Assembly: GCF_963921235.1 (NCBI RefSeq)
Contig: NC_086108.1
Span: forward strand, 32,552,001 to 32,616,000
DNA from: Mobula hypostoma
Lineage: Eukaryota
Length of the DNA stretch: 64,000 nucleotides
Reading direction: 5' to 3'
Shown: piece after piece, positions 29,434 to 41,549 of the stretch
Layout: the number at the start of each line of letters is the position of its first letter
Position numbering within the stretch: the stretch's first letter is position 1
Translations under genes and position numbers: made by a program
The notes under the pieces: model-generated
Told to the model about the DNA's origin: nothing
Database searches by the model: none
Seen by the model: only the letters and a program-made list of their open reading frames with translations

Positions 29434-30678
29434 CCGTATATTCCGGAGTATAAGCCGACCACCCCCCCGCCCATTTTCAAGGTTAAAAAAGTGACTTTTT
29501 CCATGTCACCTTTGTATAAGCCGACCCCTTTTGTAGAGGTTTTTGATTTAACCAGAAAAGATCACAAGATCTCACATGCTGGTACTCAGCTTTGCCGGAT
29601 CCGGAACCTGGAAATTTTGTGAACCAGTACCTGCTAAGAAAACAGGTCTACAGATTGTAGAGCGTTATAAGCGAATTCTTAATAAATAAATCAGGGAGTG
29701 AAATTTTGGATTAGGTCGCCAATGGTAAAGAATCTTCTGGAATATAACCCCCATGAAACCATTTAGCGCCCATCGTAATCTCGTTAAAACATAACACGGA
29801 GTGGCGGGATCAGTACTGGTACTCAGTATTGAGTTTACGACCACCATGTACAAAAGATTAAAACGAATGTGATATGATGCTGGCTTCAAGCTGAAGGTTG
29901 TTGATTTTGCTAAAGGAACGAATAATTCTGCAGCTGCTAAGAACTTTAGTGTAAATAAGAAACAAGTGAGAGAGTGGAGAAAGGTAGAGGACATGCTGAG
30001 GGAAATGCCAAAGAAAAAATGTGCAAACCGCGGGAAAACATGCCAGTGGCCAGAACTGGAAGAAAAGTTTTATAGTGGGTGAATCACCAGTGATCGCCTG
30101 GATACATTATTACCAGAGAAATGATTCGAGATCAAGCGTTGAAATGGCACTGTGAGGTCAGTGAAAATTTCAAAGCTACACGAAGTTGGTGCATCCGATT
30201 TATGAATAGACGTGATCTTGTATTGAGGCAAAAAACAAAGATTGCTCAGAAAATTCCCGTGAGGTGTTGTTGTTTACGTCCAAAAACACTGCTGGACGGA
30301 CGAAGCGGGTTGCTTGAAGTGGGTTAAAAAAGATGTGGCGTTGACGTCTCGAAGGTTTCGGGAAGGAAAAGTCGCTACTTGTCTGGGACATGTTCCAAGC
30401 GCACTTGTCAGGTGAGACAAAAGCAGCATTGAAAGCTGAAAATACGGACATTGCAGTCTTCCCCGGTGGTTTGATGTCCGTGCTCCAGCCACTAGATGTG
30501 AGTTTAAACAAACATTCAAAGAATTCATGCGTCGACAGTGGAACGAATTTGACTCAAAAACAGCCAATAAATACGACCTGTCTTCCATGTATTCGTTTTT
30601 CCAAAGTTGGCACCCTCTGTACAAGCCAACCCCCTAATTTTAGGACCAAAATCTCGGCTTATATACCGGAATTTACAG
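29434..30678 (+). mobile_element. pogo/Tigger-like DNA transposon, internally deleted
   Basis: ~25-bp TIRs ccgtatattccggagtataagccga / tcggcttatataccggaatttacag|TA; remnants YDAGFKLKVVDFA (Brinker-type DBD), WPELEE..FKATRSW..FM.R (CENP-B HTH), VWDMFQAH..PGG..VLQPLDV (DDE_1). Confidence 0.88.
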
Positions 30679-31814
30679 TACTTTTTTCCCCTTCAATTAA
30701 GGCTGGTGTGCATCATGTAGATGTGGAAATTAAAACCATGGGAATGTTAGGTCCTGGAAGGAGTTACCTATAAATTTCAGAAAGCAATATATTTGCCAAT
30801 CCAGGCTCACATAATTTGAACCAGATGCAGCTGTTGTGAAAGTTCTGGATCCGTAACTGATAAGAATCATTAGTAAACAAAACTAGAAAAACTCAGCAGG
30901 CCTTCATCAGAATTCAGATCTTTAAACTGAAAAGTTAACATTATTTCTCTGTGTTGCTTTATGTCTCTTTCCACAGAAACTGTCAAACTCCAAATTTGAG
31001 TAGGAAGTATTCCCATTTCCTGTTCATTAATTTAGACTGTGCTATGATATCTGTGTGGAGCTGCACTACCCAATTACGGATTTCAACAAATTTCACGGCA
31101 TATGCCAATGATATTAAACCTGATACTGATGCTCTACACACTTTTGGACATCACATCTAACATATACATCCAATATTCTGTCAAAGAATTTATCCTAGTC
31201 CAAACCTACAACCTTAACAGCAAGTCTGTCTCCAGAAAACGCTCATCTCAAAAAAAACAGTAGAGTCTGGTCAACTCATCCAGAGTGAATGGCTGGTTCA
31301 GATTCTCCTACTTGTTGTGCTCTTAAATTCTCAAGGATATGAAGTTTTGGAACATTGCTACATTCAAATCATACAGTCTGGCATAAAAGCTAATAGTTAC
31401 AAGATTTCACCCAGTTTAAGTCCAACACTAATGCTATACCTAAGTACCTTCAGAGTCTATTTTTACCATTATGCCGGCTGGGTGAGAATGGCGAGAGGAC
31501 TGTAGGAGAATGGCAAGAGGACTGTAGAAGAATTTAAAACAACATTTGTCCAGGTACACCTACAGTCAATTGGGTTTAGGCAAGGGTGGGGATTTTTTTG
31601 CTTTTGCAAAAATACCCATATTGACAAAAATTAATAGTGAACCTTTTGAAGCAAATGAAGTGAAGAGTGTGGGGGGGGGAGAAAGAAAAGGAGTGAAATC
31701 GATAACAAGATACACAACATTCTGGTCAAATTTGCAAGTTAAAACTAAAATCTAAAAAAGGACCTCCCAATAGAATCCATATTTAGACTGGTTATGCAAA
31801 ACTACTGACCCAAC

Positions 31815-32897
31815 AGAAAGCAACTGGATCCTGGATTTCCTCACTTGTGGACCCCCGTCAGTTCAGACTGGCAACAGCATCGCCACTATATCCATCAGCT
31901 CATGTGCACCACAAAGCTGTGTGCTTAGCTCCCTCCTCTACTCGCTTTACACTTATGACTGTGTGCTAACCACAGCTACAATGCCATATTCAAGTTCACT
32001 GATGACACCACTGTTGTGGGCCTAATCAAAGGTGGTGATGAATCAGCAAAAAGAGGAAGCTGAAAATCTGGCTGAGTAGTGTCATAACAACCTCTTACTC
32101 AATGTCAGGAAGACCAAGGAGCTGATTACAGACTTCAAGAGAAGGAAACCAGAGGTCTACGAGCCAGTCCTCATCGGAGGATCAGAAGAATTAGCAACTT
32201 TAAATTGCTGGGTGTTATTATTTCGGACAACTTGTCCTGGGCTCTGCACACAAGTGCAATTAAGAAGCATGGCAATACCTCTACTTCCTTGAGAGTTTGT
32301 AGAGATTTGACGTGACATCTAAAACTGATGAACTTCTATAGAAGTATGGTGATGATTATATAGACTGGCTGCATCACAAATGGGTATGAAAAGACCAATG
32401 CCCTTGAACAAAAAATACCACAAAAAGTAGTGGATATGGTGGTCCAGTCCATCACAGGTAAAGTCCTATCAGCCATTGAGTACATCTACATGAAACACTG
32501 TTGCAGGAAAGCAGCATCCATCAGAGACCCCCACCACCCAGGACATGCTCTCTTCTCACTGCTGCCATCAGGAAGGTGGTACAAGAGCTGCAGGGCTCAC
32601 ACCACCAGGTTCAGGAATAGTTACTATCTCTCAACCATCAGGTTCTTGAACCAAAGGGAATAATTCACTCAACTTCACTTGCCCCATCACCGAACTGTTC
32701 CCACAACCTAAAGACTCACTGTCAAGTACTCTTCATCTCGTGTTTCTGCATTCTGGTTGAATGCCCTAGTTGGGCAGCTTTCAGTGCTTTTGTTATAGAT
32801 ATTATTCTATAGATTTACTGAGTATGCTCACAAGAAAATATATCTTGGGCTGAAAACGGGGCATACGTACTTTGATAATGAAATTTATTTTGAACTT
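31815..32897 (+). mobile_element. Rex1/Babar-like LINE, 5'-truncated and degraded
   Basis: RT fragments NWILDFLT..APQSCVLS.LLYSLYTYDC..KFTDDTTVVGLI; C-terminal HPGHALFSLLPSGR..TTRFRNSY; related 3'UTR pieces at 13085-13310 and 62380-62770. Confidence 0.8.
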
Positions 32898-33099
32898 CAA
32901 TATTTCAAGACAATAATCTTTTGGTCATTAAGCTGAAACATTAACTGTTCCTATATCCACTGATACTGCCTGACCTGTTGAGTACCTCTGGCAGTTTATC
33001 ATTTGAGTATTATTCAATCAGAAACAAAATCCAAAATGAGGGCCTACAATGACTATTTGATATAACACAGCATAAATCCAGAGGAAATTACAAAAGTAA

Positions 33100-34035
33100 A
33101 CCAGATAGTTTGAAGTATGCATATTTTAATACTATGAGTACTACGGGTAAAGGTTATGAACTTAAGAGTATGGATGAATATATGGAACTACGATGTTGAG
33201 GCTATTATTGAAACTTGGTTGAGAGAGTGCAGGAATGGCGATTAATATCCAGGTTTTCAAAGCTCTAGAAAAGATAGAGAAGGAGACCGGGGGGGGGGGG
33301 GGGGTGGGTGGGCGGGGTGCGAAGAGTTGCATTGCTAATCAGGGATAACAGCACTGCTGCACTTATGGCTGACATAATTGGGTAGAACTCAGGAACAGGA
33401 AGGGTGCAATCACACAAATGGGATTGTACTACAGACCTCCCCAATAGCCCCCAGAACAGTGAGGGGCAGATATGTAATCAGATTAAGGAAATGTCTAAAA
33501 ATAATAGGGTTGTTGTCATGTGGGATTTCAACTTCCCTAATATAAACTGTGACCATCTTGGTGCAAGGGGTTTAGATGGGTCAGAATTTGTTAAGTGTAA
33601 GCAGTAGGGCTCCTATAATCAATATGTGGACTGTCCAATGAGAGGAAGGACTCTACTGGACCAACTGTTGTATAATGAACTTGGCCAGGTGACTGACCTT
33701 TCAGTGCTCAGCAGTTAAGGAACAATGACCACTACTCCTTAACTTTTAGGATAGCTATAGATAAGGATAGGTTCGGGCTTCTCCAGAGTTTTCAATTGGA
33801 GTAGAGCATTATGAGGGCATTAGGCAAGATTGAAGAAGAGTTAATTTGGAACACCATTTTTCTGGCAAGTCCACATCAAGCATGTGGAGGTTGTTTAAAG
33901 ATCAACTGCACAAAGTACAGGACAGGTATGTTCATGTTAGAAAGAAGGACAGGATGGAAAGATAGAGAACCTTGGATGACAAAAGGGTGATGAATTTGGT
34001 CAAGGAAGTGTAAAGCTTGGAAGTTAGGATCAAAT
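33100..34035 (+). mobile_element. CR1 LINE 5' part (endonuclease), split by the LTR element
   Basis: ETWL, Y.PPNS, VVMWDFNFPNI motifs; sequence continues at 39595. Confidence 0.8.
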
Positions 34036-34946
34036 TGTGACGAAAGTACACATAGACTAAGATATCGACTGTCCTGTGCTATCACCAGTGGGATCAACAG
34101 TTGATCTGCCACCTGTCTTCAGGAGAGAGAGATAAGTAAAGACAATGGAGCAGCATTTGGAAATGTTAATGAAGAGAGGGGAGAGTTTAACGGAAGGAGA
34201 CAGCGGTCTGGGAATTGTCAAAGACCGGCTCCTCTTTGAACCCTGAACTGTTTGAAGTGATGGACAGGCGATACCCCAGCAGGGGGATAAAAAGGGACAG
34301 GTTCGCTAAGGCAAGACACACACAACACCACGAGGTAACGAGACCCTGGAAGTGGTGCGCCTCCCACAAGTCGGTGGGAGTTTTGGAGGGCTGGTCGCGG
34401 CACCAAGCCATAGACGCACAGGGTGGAAAGGTACGATCGGCAGGAACCTGGTGTGTGTCCGCCCTTGCCTGGGTGCCAGGTTCACCGCAGAGAAACGATC
34501 GTATCTGGAAATGGAGGGGTCACAGTCAGTGACCTCAGAAGACATTACAAAGGGCTCGCCCGAAAGCTGACTGCGAAGAATATCGAAGGTCTGTGTGGAA
34601 GCCATTTGAATATTCATTCGCTTTTGCTCTCTCTCTCCTTCCACACCCCCGTCCATCGCACCGGCAGTGATTACTGTGAACTGAACTGAACTCAATTGAA
34701 CTGAACTTTGCGTCACTTTGAAGCTGGTCATTTACCCCTAGACGACGATAGAGCTTGATTGATCCTATTATCCTAGATATGTGCACGTGTGTTCATTCAT
34801 TGCTAACCTGTTGCATTTATATCCTTACTATTAGAGTACTGTGTTGCTTATTTCTTTAATAAAACGTTCTTAGTTCCAGTAATCCAGACTCCAACTGAGT
34901 GATCCATTTCTGCTGGTTTGGCAACCCAGTTACGGGGTACGTAACG
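34036..34946 (+). repeat. 5' LTR (911 bp)
   Basis: TGTGACG...GTAACG; near-identical to 38675-39594 (about 30 differences counted by eye). Confidence 0.95.
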
Positions 34947-34950
34947 TAAG

Positions 34951-34976
34951 TGGGGTTCTCGTCCGCGATTTTGAAC
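34951..34976 (+). promoter_or_regulatory. Primer binding site, tRNA-Pro-like
   Basis: tggggttctcgtccgcgattttgaac 4 nt after the LTR, compared with the tRNA-Pro complement TGGGGGCTCGTCCGGGATTTGAAC. Confidence 0.75.
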
Positions 34977-35045
34977 GCTAAATTTGGGACGGAGTAAATT
35001 GATTGGGTTAAAATTCCCGAAAGAAAGAAAAGACAAACAGCAGAA

Positions 35046-36790
35046 ATGAAGATTGAGGAATTTCTAAAGGCGCCGACCTTGGAGGCATTAGAGGATGCCA
35101 GGAAAGCAGAATTGGCGGCTGTGGCCAAACGGTTGAATCTTGTTAAGGGGAAGTCGACAATTAGGAGAGAGGAGATACACAGAGCTATCGTAGAGCACTA
35201 TGTATCTAAAGGTGTGTTTCCCCAAGGGGAGCTGGAGGTGGTGTCTATTGAAAAACCTGCTGGAGACGCGGTACAGGTGCAGCTTGAAAAACTGAGACTC
35301 GAGCACGAGTTCCAGGTACGGCAGTTAGAACACGAAGAGAAGCAGTTAGAAAGGCAGGACAGAGAGCTAGAAAGGCAGGACAGAGAGCTAGAAAGGCAGG
35401 ACAGAGAGCTAGAAAGGCAGGACAGAGAGCTAAAAGGCAGGACAGAGAGCTAGAAAGGCAGGACAGAGAGCTAGAAAGGCAGGACAGAGAGCTAGAAAGG
35501 CAGGACAGAGAGCTAGAAAGGCAGGACAGAGAGCTAGAAAGGCAGGACAGAGAGCTAGAAAGGCAGGACAGAGAGCTAGAAAGGCAGGACAGAGAGCTAG
35601 AAAGGCAGGACAGAGAGCTAGAAAGGCAGGACAGAGAGCTAGAAAGGCAGGACAGAGAGCTAGAAAGGCAGGACAGAGAGCTAGAAAGGCAGGACAGAGA
35701 GCTAGAAAGGCAGGACAGAGAGCTAGAAAGGCAGGACAGAGAGCTAGAAAGGCAGGACAGAGAGCTAGAAAGGCAGGACAGAGAGCTAGAAAGGCAGGAC
35801 AGAGAGCTAGAAAGGCAGGACAGAGAGCTAGAAAGGCAGGACAGAGAGCTAGAAAGACAGGACAGAGAGCTAGAAAGACAGGACAGAGAGCTAGAAAGGC
35901 AGGACAGAGAGTTAGAAAGGCAGGACAGAGAGCTAGAAAAGCAGGAGAGAGAGTGGCGGTTACAACGGCAAGAGAGAGAGAGGGAGTTGGAGCGAGAGGA
36001 GAAACAGAGGGAAAGGGAATTTGAGCTGGAGAAGTTAAAGATAAGGGCAGAGCAGGGGCCCATGCCGAACCAAGGTAGAGGGTTCCAGGTGACCCAGGAG
36101 GTTAGGCTGGTTCCCCCATTTGATGATACCGATGTGGATCGGTACTTTGTCCATTTCGAAAAAGTTGCTACAAGTCAGGACTGGCCGAGGGATAAGTGGG
36201 CTGGTTTGCTTCAGAGTGTACTGAAAGGGAAAGCCCAACAAGCTTACTCAGCTTTGTCCGCGGAAGATACCCAGAGGTTTGAGGTGGTGAAAGAGGCCAT
36301 CCTCAGGATTTATGAGATGGTCCCGGAGGCATACCGGCAGAGGTTCCGGAATGCGAGGAAGCAGTGGGACCGCATGTATTTAGAGTTTGCCCGTGAGATG
36401 CAGACATATTGTGAGCATTGGTGCGCCTTGAAGGGGGTAGAGGGGGATTATGACAGACTGCTACAGCTGATCCTGATTGAGCAGTTTAAAGGTTGTGTCC
36501 CTGAGGGAATGAGACCCTACCTAGATGAGAAAGAGGCAGCTACGTTAGCCGCAACTGCTAAGTTAGCGGATGAGTACGCGTTGACACACAGAATGAAGTT
36601 TGCCCCGAGTAAAGGCTACCAGAAGGGTAGTCAGGACGGCGGGGAGAGTCTGCCAGAAGAGTCAGAAAGTAAGCCGGGGACTAGTGAGAAGGATAAGGTA
36701 GACCGGGAGCAGTCTGGTAGGAAGTCTCCTGGGATTATCTGCTTATAATTGTGGGACAAGTCGGACACTTTGCGTCCAGGTGCTTTGCCC
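35046..36790 (+). pseudogene. gag (coiled coil, SCAN-like capsid domain, CCHC knuckle), frameshifted
   Basis: ORFs 35046.. and 35987.. join if one G is restored near 35433; PEAYRQRFR..W..LLQLILIEQF..VP is SCAN-like; C-YN-C-GQVG-H-FASR-C is broken by small insertions at ~36742-36755. Confidence 0.85.
35343..35950 (+). repeat. 21-bp minisatellite (gagctagaaaggcaggacaga) x29 encoding ELERQDR
   Basis: Directly visible; 608 bp = 29 units minus one base. Confidence 0.97.
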
Positions 36791-38560
36791 CAAAGAAGAA
36801 GACGGGAAAAGGAAAAACGGCAATTTTGACCGGCTGTATTGAGCTGGTAAACGAACCGCTAGGAGAGGAAAGGTCTGCCAAAGTTCAGGAAGGGCGCGAG
36901 AGGTTTATCTTGGCCGGATTGGTGTCAGTGAAGGAGGGGTTAAACCCAGTGCCAGTGCGGATCTGGAGAGACACGGGACCGTGTCAGCCATTGATATTGA
37001 AGAGTGTATTAGAGTTTAGCTCAGAGACCCAGACTGGGGAGGTCAAGGTAAAAGGTATTGGAGAAGGGACAGAGGCAGTCCCTTTGCATCAGATACACCT
37101 ACAAAGCAACCTGGTCTCTGGACTAGTCATGATCGGGGTGAGGCCCGAATTACCGATGAAAGGCGTGGAAGTCTTGCTTGGTAGTGACCTCGCCGGGGGA
37201 ATCGTGTTCCCAGCCGTGAGATTGGCAGGTCAGCCTGCCAGCACTGAGGCCCCGCCCATGGACTCACAGGTTCATCCCGGGACTGCCGAAGTAAATTTAG
37301 CTGAGATGTACCAGGAGGAGGTAGAAAGTGAAAAGAAGGAGTGTAGTGAAACAAAAGGTAGTGAGGGAGCTGAGACAGACTTGGCATTAGCCAAGAAGGA
37401 ATTTGTGCAGGCGCAGGAGCGAGACGAGGGGCTGATGGTTTTGGCGGAGACAGCTCTCTCTGACGCAGAATTAATAAGGGAGCCAGTAGGCTATTGTGTG
37501 GAGGAGGAAGTGCTAAGGAAGAAAGGGAGACCAAGTACTGTACCCGCAGATGAGGAATGGGGGGTGGTGCAAAAGAGTTATGGGGATGAGATTTTTAACC
37601 TGGCCCACAAGGTACCCCTCGGAGGACATTTTGAGGTGTTGGAGGAAACAGTTGGTGGAATCATGAAAGAGGTTTACCGGCTGCACAGGAGGAAGGATGT
37701 TATTGATTATGGCAGACGCGAACTGAGACGGTCACAGGCTTTTGATATGCTAACAAACCTAGTCGGTGTTAGCGCGGAAATCAATGAAGCTAGGGTCCCC
37801 CGATAAGAGAAAAAAACCATTTTGAAAAGATGAGTATGGTATCGACCAGATGGGAGAAGGCTATCGTTTTGGCCAGCTCTGCTGATAAGGTCTCTCCCTT
37901 AATCCCCAAACAAAGAGACTCTTTAGGAGAAGTAATTAAACGGCTTGCACACGTGTGTTTGATTGTCCGGAGGCGATGCAAAGAACTGGGACGTTGGGTG
38001 GTGTTTGTCATGCTAGGACAGCCTAGAGAGCAACACCCCTATAGAATGAGTAATTCAGTGACGAAAGGGCTGACGAACACAGAGGTGTGTATTGGCGAGG
38101 TAATACGGCTGTCTGAAGCCAGCTTGATAGTGAACTTTGAAAAAAATGAGTTTGGCCCCACGAAGGTCACTTATCTGGGAATTGTGGTAACACGGGCAGC
38201 TGGCAGTGATGCAAGCTAAAGTGCGGGCTATCTCTGACATCCCAACCCCGACAGACAAGAGGACCCTCAGAAGGCTCTTGGAGATGGTGGGGTACTGTAG
38301 GAAGTTTTGCAATAACTCTGTGGTTACTACCCCTCCCCCTCCTACTAAGCCCTTGCGAGAGAAAACTAAGTCGGAATGGGACGACCCTTGTTATTGTGGT
38401 CCGGGACGAAACCCAATGAGAGGTTACATTGATCGCAATTCATCAGTGTTTTCGGCCACTATGAAGTTTGCTAAGTTGGAGCCTGGTTTAAGGGATTATT
38501 AATAACACATATAAAAGGAACAGAAAATGTGATTGTTGACTGTCTGTCAGGTGTTGACAA
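36751..38560 (+). pseudogene. pol remnants: aspartic protease, integrase N-terminus, RT C-terminus, RNase H end
   Basis: WRDTG..VLLGSDL; LAHKVPLGGH; VNFEK.EF...VTYLG; IPTPTDKR.LRRLL.MVGYCRKF; HIKGTENVIVDCLS; catalytic IN and RT cores absent. Confidence 0.82.
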
Positions 38561-38674
38561 CTTAAAATTCGCCGTTTTAGCCAAATAGCTGATAAAGATG
38601 TATATTTGTGTGTATCAAATAATGTATTCATGTTTATAATTTTTACCCCGGTAAAAATCCTTAAAGGTGAGGGG

Positions 38675-39594
38675 TGTGACGAAAGTACACATAGACTAAG
38701 ATATTGACTGTCCTGTGCTATCACCAGTGGGATCAACAGTTGATCTGCCACCTGTCTTCAGGAGAGAGAGATAAGTAAGGACAATGGAGCAGCATTTGGA
38801 AATGTTAATGAAGAGACGGGAGAGTTTAACGGAAGGAGACAGCGGTCTGGGAATTGTCAAAGACCGGCTCCTCTTTGAACCCTGAACTGTTTGGAGTGAT
38901 GGACAGGTGATACCCCAGCAGGGGGATAAAAAGGGACAGGTTCGCTAAGGCAGACACACACAACACCACAAGGTAACGAGACCCTGGAAGCGATGTGCCT
39001 CCCACAAGTCGGTGGGAGTTTTGGAAGGCTGGTCGCGGGACCAAGCCATAGATGCACAGGGTGGAAAGGTACGATCGGCGGGAACCTGGTGTGTGTCCGC
39101 CCTTGCCTGGGTGCCAGGTTCACCGCAGAGAAACGATCGTATCTGGAAACGGAGGGGTCACAGTCAGTGACCTCAGAAGACATTACAAAGGGCTCGCCCG
39201 AAAAATGACTGCGAAGAATATCGAAGGTCTGTGTGGAAGCTGTTTGAATATTAATTCGCCTTTGCTCTCTCTCTCCTTCTCCCCCCCACCACCCCCGTCC
39301 ATCGCACCGGCAGTGATTACTGTGAACTGAACTGAACTCAATTGAACTGAACTTTGCGTCACTTTGAAGCTGGTCATTTACCCCTAGACGACGATAGAGC
39401 TTGAGTGATCCTATTATCCTAGATCTGTGTACATGTGTGTTTATTCATTGCTAACCTGTTGCATTTATATCCTTACTATTAGAGTACTGTGTTGCTTATT
39501 TCTTTAATAAAACTTTCTTAGTTCCAGTAATCCAGACTCGAACTGAGTGATCCATTTCTGCTGGTTTGGCAACCCAGTTACGGGGTACGTAACA
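38675..39594 (+). repeat. 3' LTR (920 bp)
   Basis: TGTGACG...GTAACA preceded by a polypurine tract; AATAAA near 39506. Confidence 0.95.
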
Positions 39595-41470
39595 AAACGA
39601 AAACACACAAATATAAAGACGCCAGAAAAGAACTAAAGGAGGGAATTAGGAAAGCCAAGAGGGGCCATGAGGAGTCCTTGTAAGTAAGATTGAGGCGAAT
39701 CCCAAGGCATTCTATACATACACCAAGAGCAAGAGGATTACTGGGGAGAGGATAGGACCATTCAAGTATGGGGTGGGGGGGGGAAATATTTGCTTGGATG
39801 CGGAGAATGTGAGTGAGGTACTTGATAAGTACTTTGCCGCAGTATTTACCAAGGAAAAGGATATGGAGAACCAGGAGATCAGTGCCAAGTATATAAATAT
39901 GTTAGGGTATTTAGAGATCGAGGAAGAGGAAGTGTTGGGCCTACTAACTATTAAGGTGAATGTTCCCGGGGCCTGGTGAGATTTACTTCAGGTTACCGAA
40001 GGAGGTAAGAGATGAGATTGCTGGGGCCTTGATCAGTATGTTTGCCTCCGGTCTAGGCACAGGCAAGGTCCCAAGGGACAGATGAGTGGCTAATGTTGCA
40101 CCTATATTTAAGAGGGGAACAAGGGAAAATTCAGAAAACTATAGACTGGCAAGTCTCATGCCAGTTGTAGGGGAAATTGCTGGAGAAAATTCTTAGGGAC
40201 AGGATATACGAGCATCTGGAAACCCATGGCTTAATTAGGGAGAGCCAGCATGGCTTTGTGCATGGCAGGTCATGTTTTATCAACTTGATTGAGTTTGTTG
40301 ATGACAGATTGATAAAGGTAGGGCAGATGTTGTCTGCATGGATTTCAGTAAGGCATTTGACCAAGTCCCTCATGGGAGGCTAATTGGCAGTTTGGATTCA
40401 GAACTAGCTTGTGCATAGAAGACAGAGAAGACAGCTACTCAAGCTGGAGGTCTGTAAATTAGTGGTGTTCTGCAGGGAGCTATTCTGGAACCTCAGCTGT
40501 TTGTTATGTATATAAATGACCTGGATGGGTTAGTAAGTTTGCAGGTAATACCAAGATTAGAGGAGTTGTGGATAGCATAGAAGACCGGCAAAGAATACAG
40601 CACGATACGGATCAGTTGCAGATATGGGAAGAGAAACAGCAGATGGAGTTTAACCAGATAAATGTGAGGTGTTGCACCTTGGTAGGGCAAATGCAAGGAG
40701 ACAGTGCACTGTTAAGGGCAAAATCCTTAACAGTGTTGCTGAGCAGTGAGATCATGGGATCCAAGTTCATAGCTCCATAAAAGTAGCTACACAGGTTGAT
40801 AGTGTGGTTAAGACGGCTAATGGAATGCTTGCTTTTACTTATGGAGGCATTAAAGTTCAAAAGTCAAGAGGTTATGTTGCAACTTTATAAAACACTGGTT
40901 AGGCCACGTCTGGATTATTGCATTGAGTTCTGATCACTCCACTACAAGAAAGATGCTGAGACATTGGACAGGGCGCAGAAGAGGTTTATCAGGATGCTGC
41001 CCGGTTTAGAGTACATGTGCTATTAAGAGAGGCTGGATAAACTTGGGTTGTTTTCTCTGGAGAGACAGAGTATGAGGGGAGATCTGATCGAGGTTTAAGA
41101 TTATGAGAGGCATAGGTAAGAGTAGACAGGGAGTATTTGTTTCCCAGGGTTGAAACGTCAAATTCCAGAGGGCACAAATTGAAGGCAAGAAGGGATTAGG
41201 TTTGAAGAGGATGTGAGGGGCAAGTTTTTCTTTTCAACAGAGAGTGGTGGATGCCTGGAATGCACTGCCTGTATGGAAGTAGAGGCAAATACATTAGAGG
41301 CTATTAACAGACATTGAGATCGGCACATGAATACGAGGAAGTTGAGTGGTATGGACATTGTGTAAGTAGGAGGGGTTAGTGTCTGGGTGTTTCTGATTTG
41401 CTTTTTAGCTGGTTCAGTACAACATTGTGGGCCATAGGGCCTGTTCCTGTGCTCTACTGTTTTATGTTCC
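39595..41470 (+). mobile_element. CR1 LINE 3' part (RT and 3'UTR), continuation of 33100-34035
   Basis: LIRESQHGFVHGRSC..NLIEF; degraded YINDLD/KFA; CR1-type tail. Confidence 0.85.
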
Positions 41471-41549
41471 ATGAAAAATGGTGGCTATTGAAGATTAACA
41501 GAGTTGGAACTACCATAATGTCAAAGAAAACACAAAAAATTGCAGTTAA

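Larger units (their letters stand above)
34036..39594 (+). mobile_element. Gypsy/Gmr1-like LTR retrotransposon with both LTRs and an internally deleted pol
   Basis: LTRs 34036-34946 and 38675-39594, PBS, PPT aaaggtgagggg, imperfect 4-bp TSD aaat/aaac; gag, CCHC, RDTG protease, then IN, RT and RH remnants. Confidence 0.93.

Noticed and set aside
31486..31533. 22-bp tandem duplication (and an 8-bp x3 repeat at 12347-12372)
   Set aside because: Ordinary slippage repeats
33288..33320. G-run as a functional G-quadruplex
   Set aside because: Homopolymer expansion at a G-rich spot of a decayed CR1; length unreliable and no evidence of function
34187..34786. ORFs inside the LTRs (mirrored at 38826-39377)
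   Set aside because: Short, non-ATG starts, frames differ between the two LTR copies, no recognisable domain
35343..35950. CRISPR-like array
   Set aside because: Units are directly adjacent with no unique spacers, there are no cas genes, and the context is eukaryotic; it is a coding minisatellite
35245..36063. 272-aa Ser/Leu/Cys-repeat ORF on the minus strand
   Set aside because: Antisense shadow of the stop-free minisatellite
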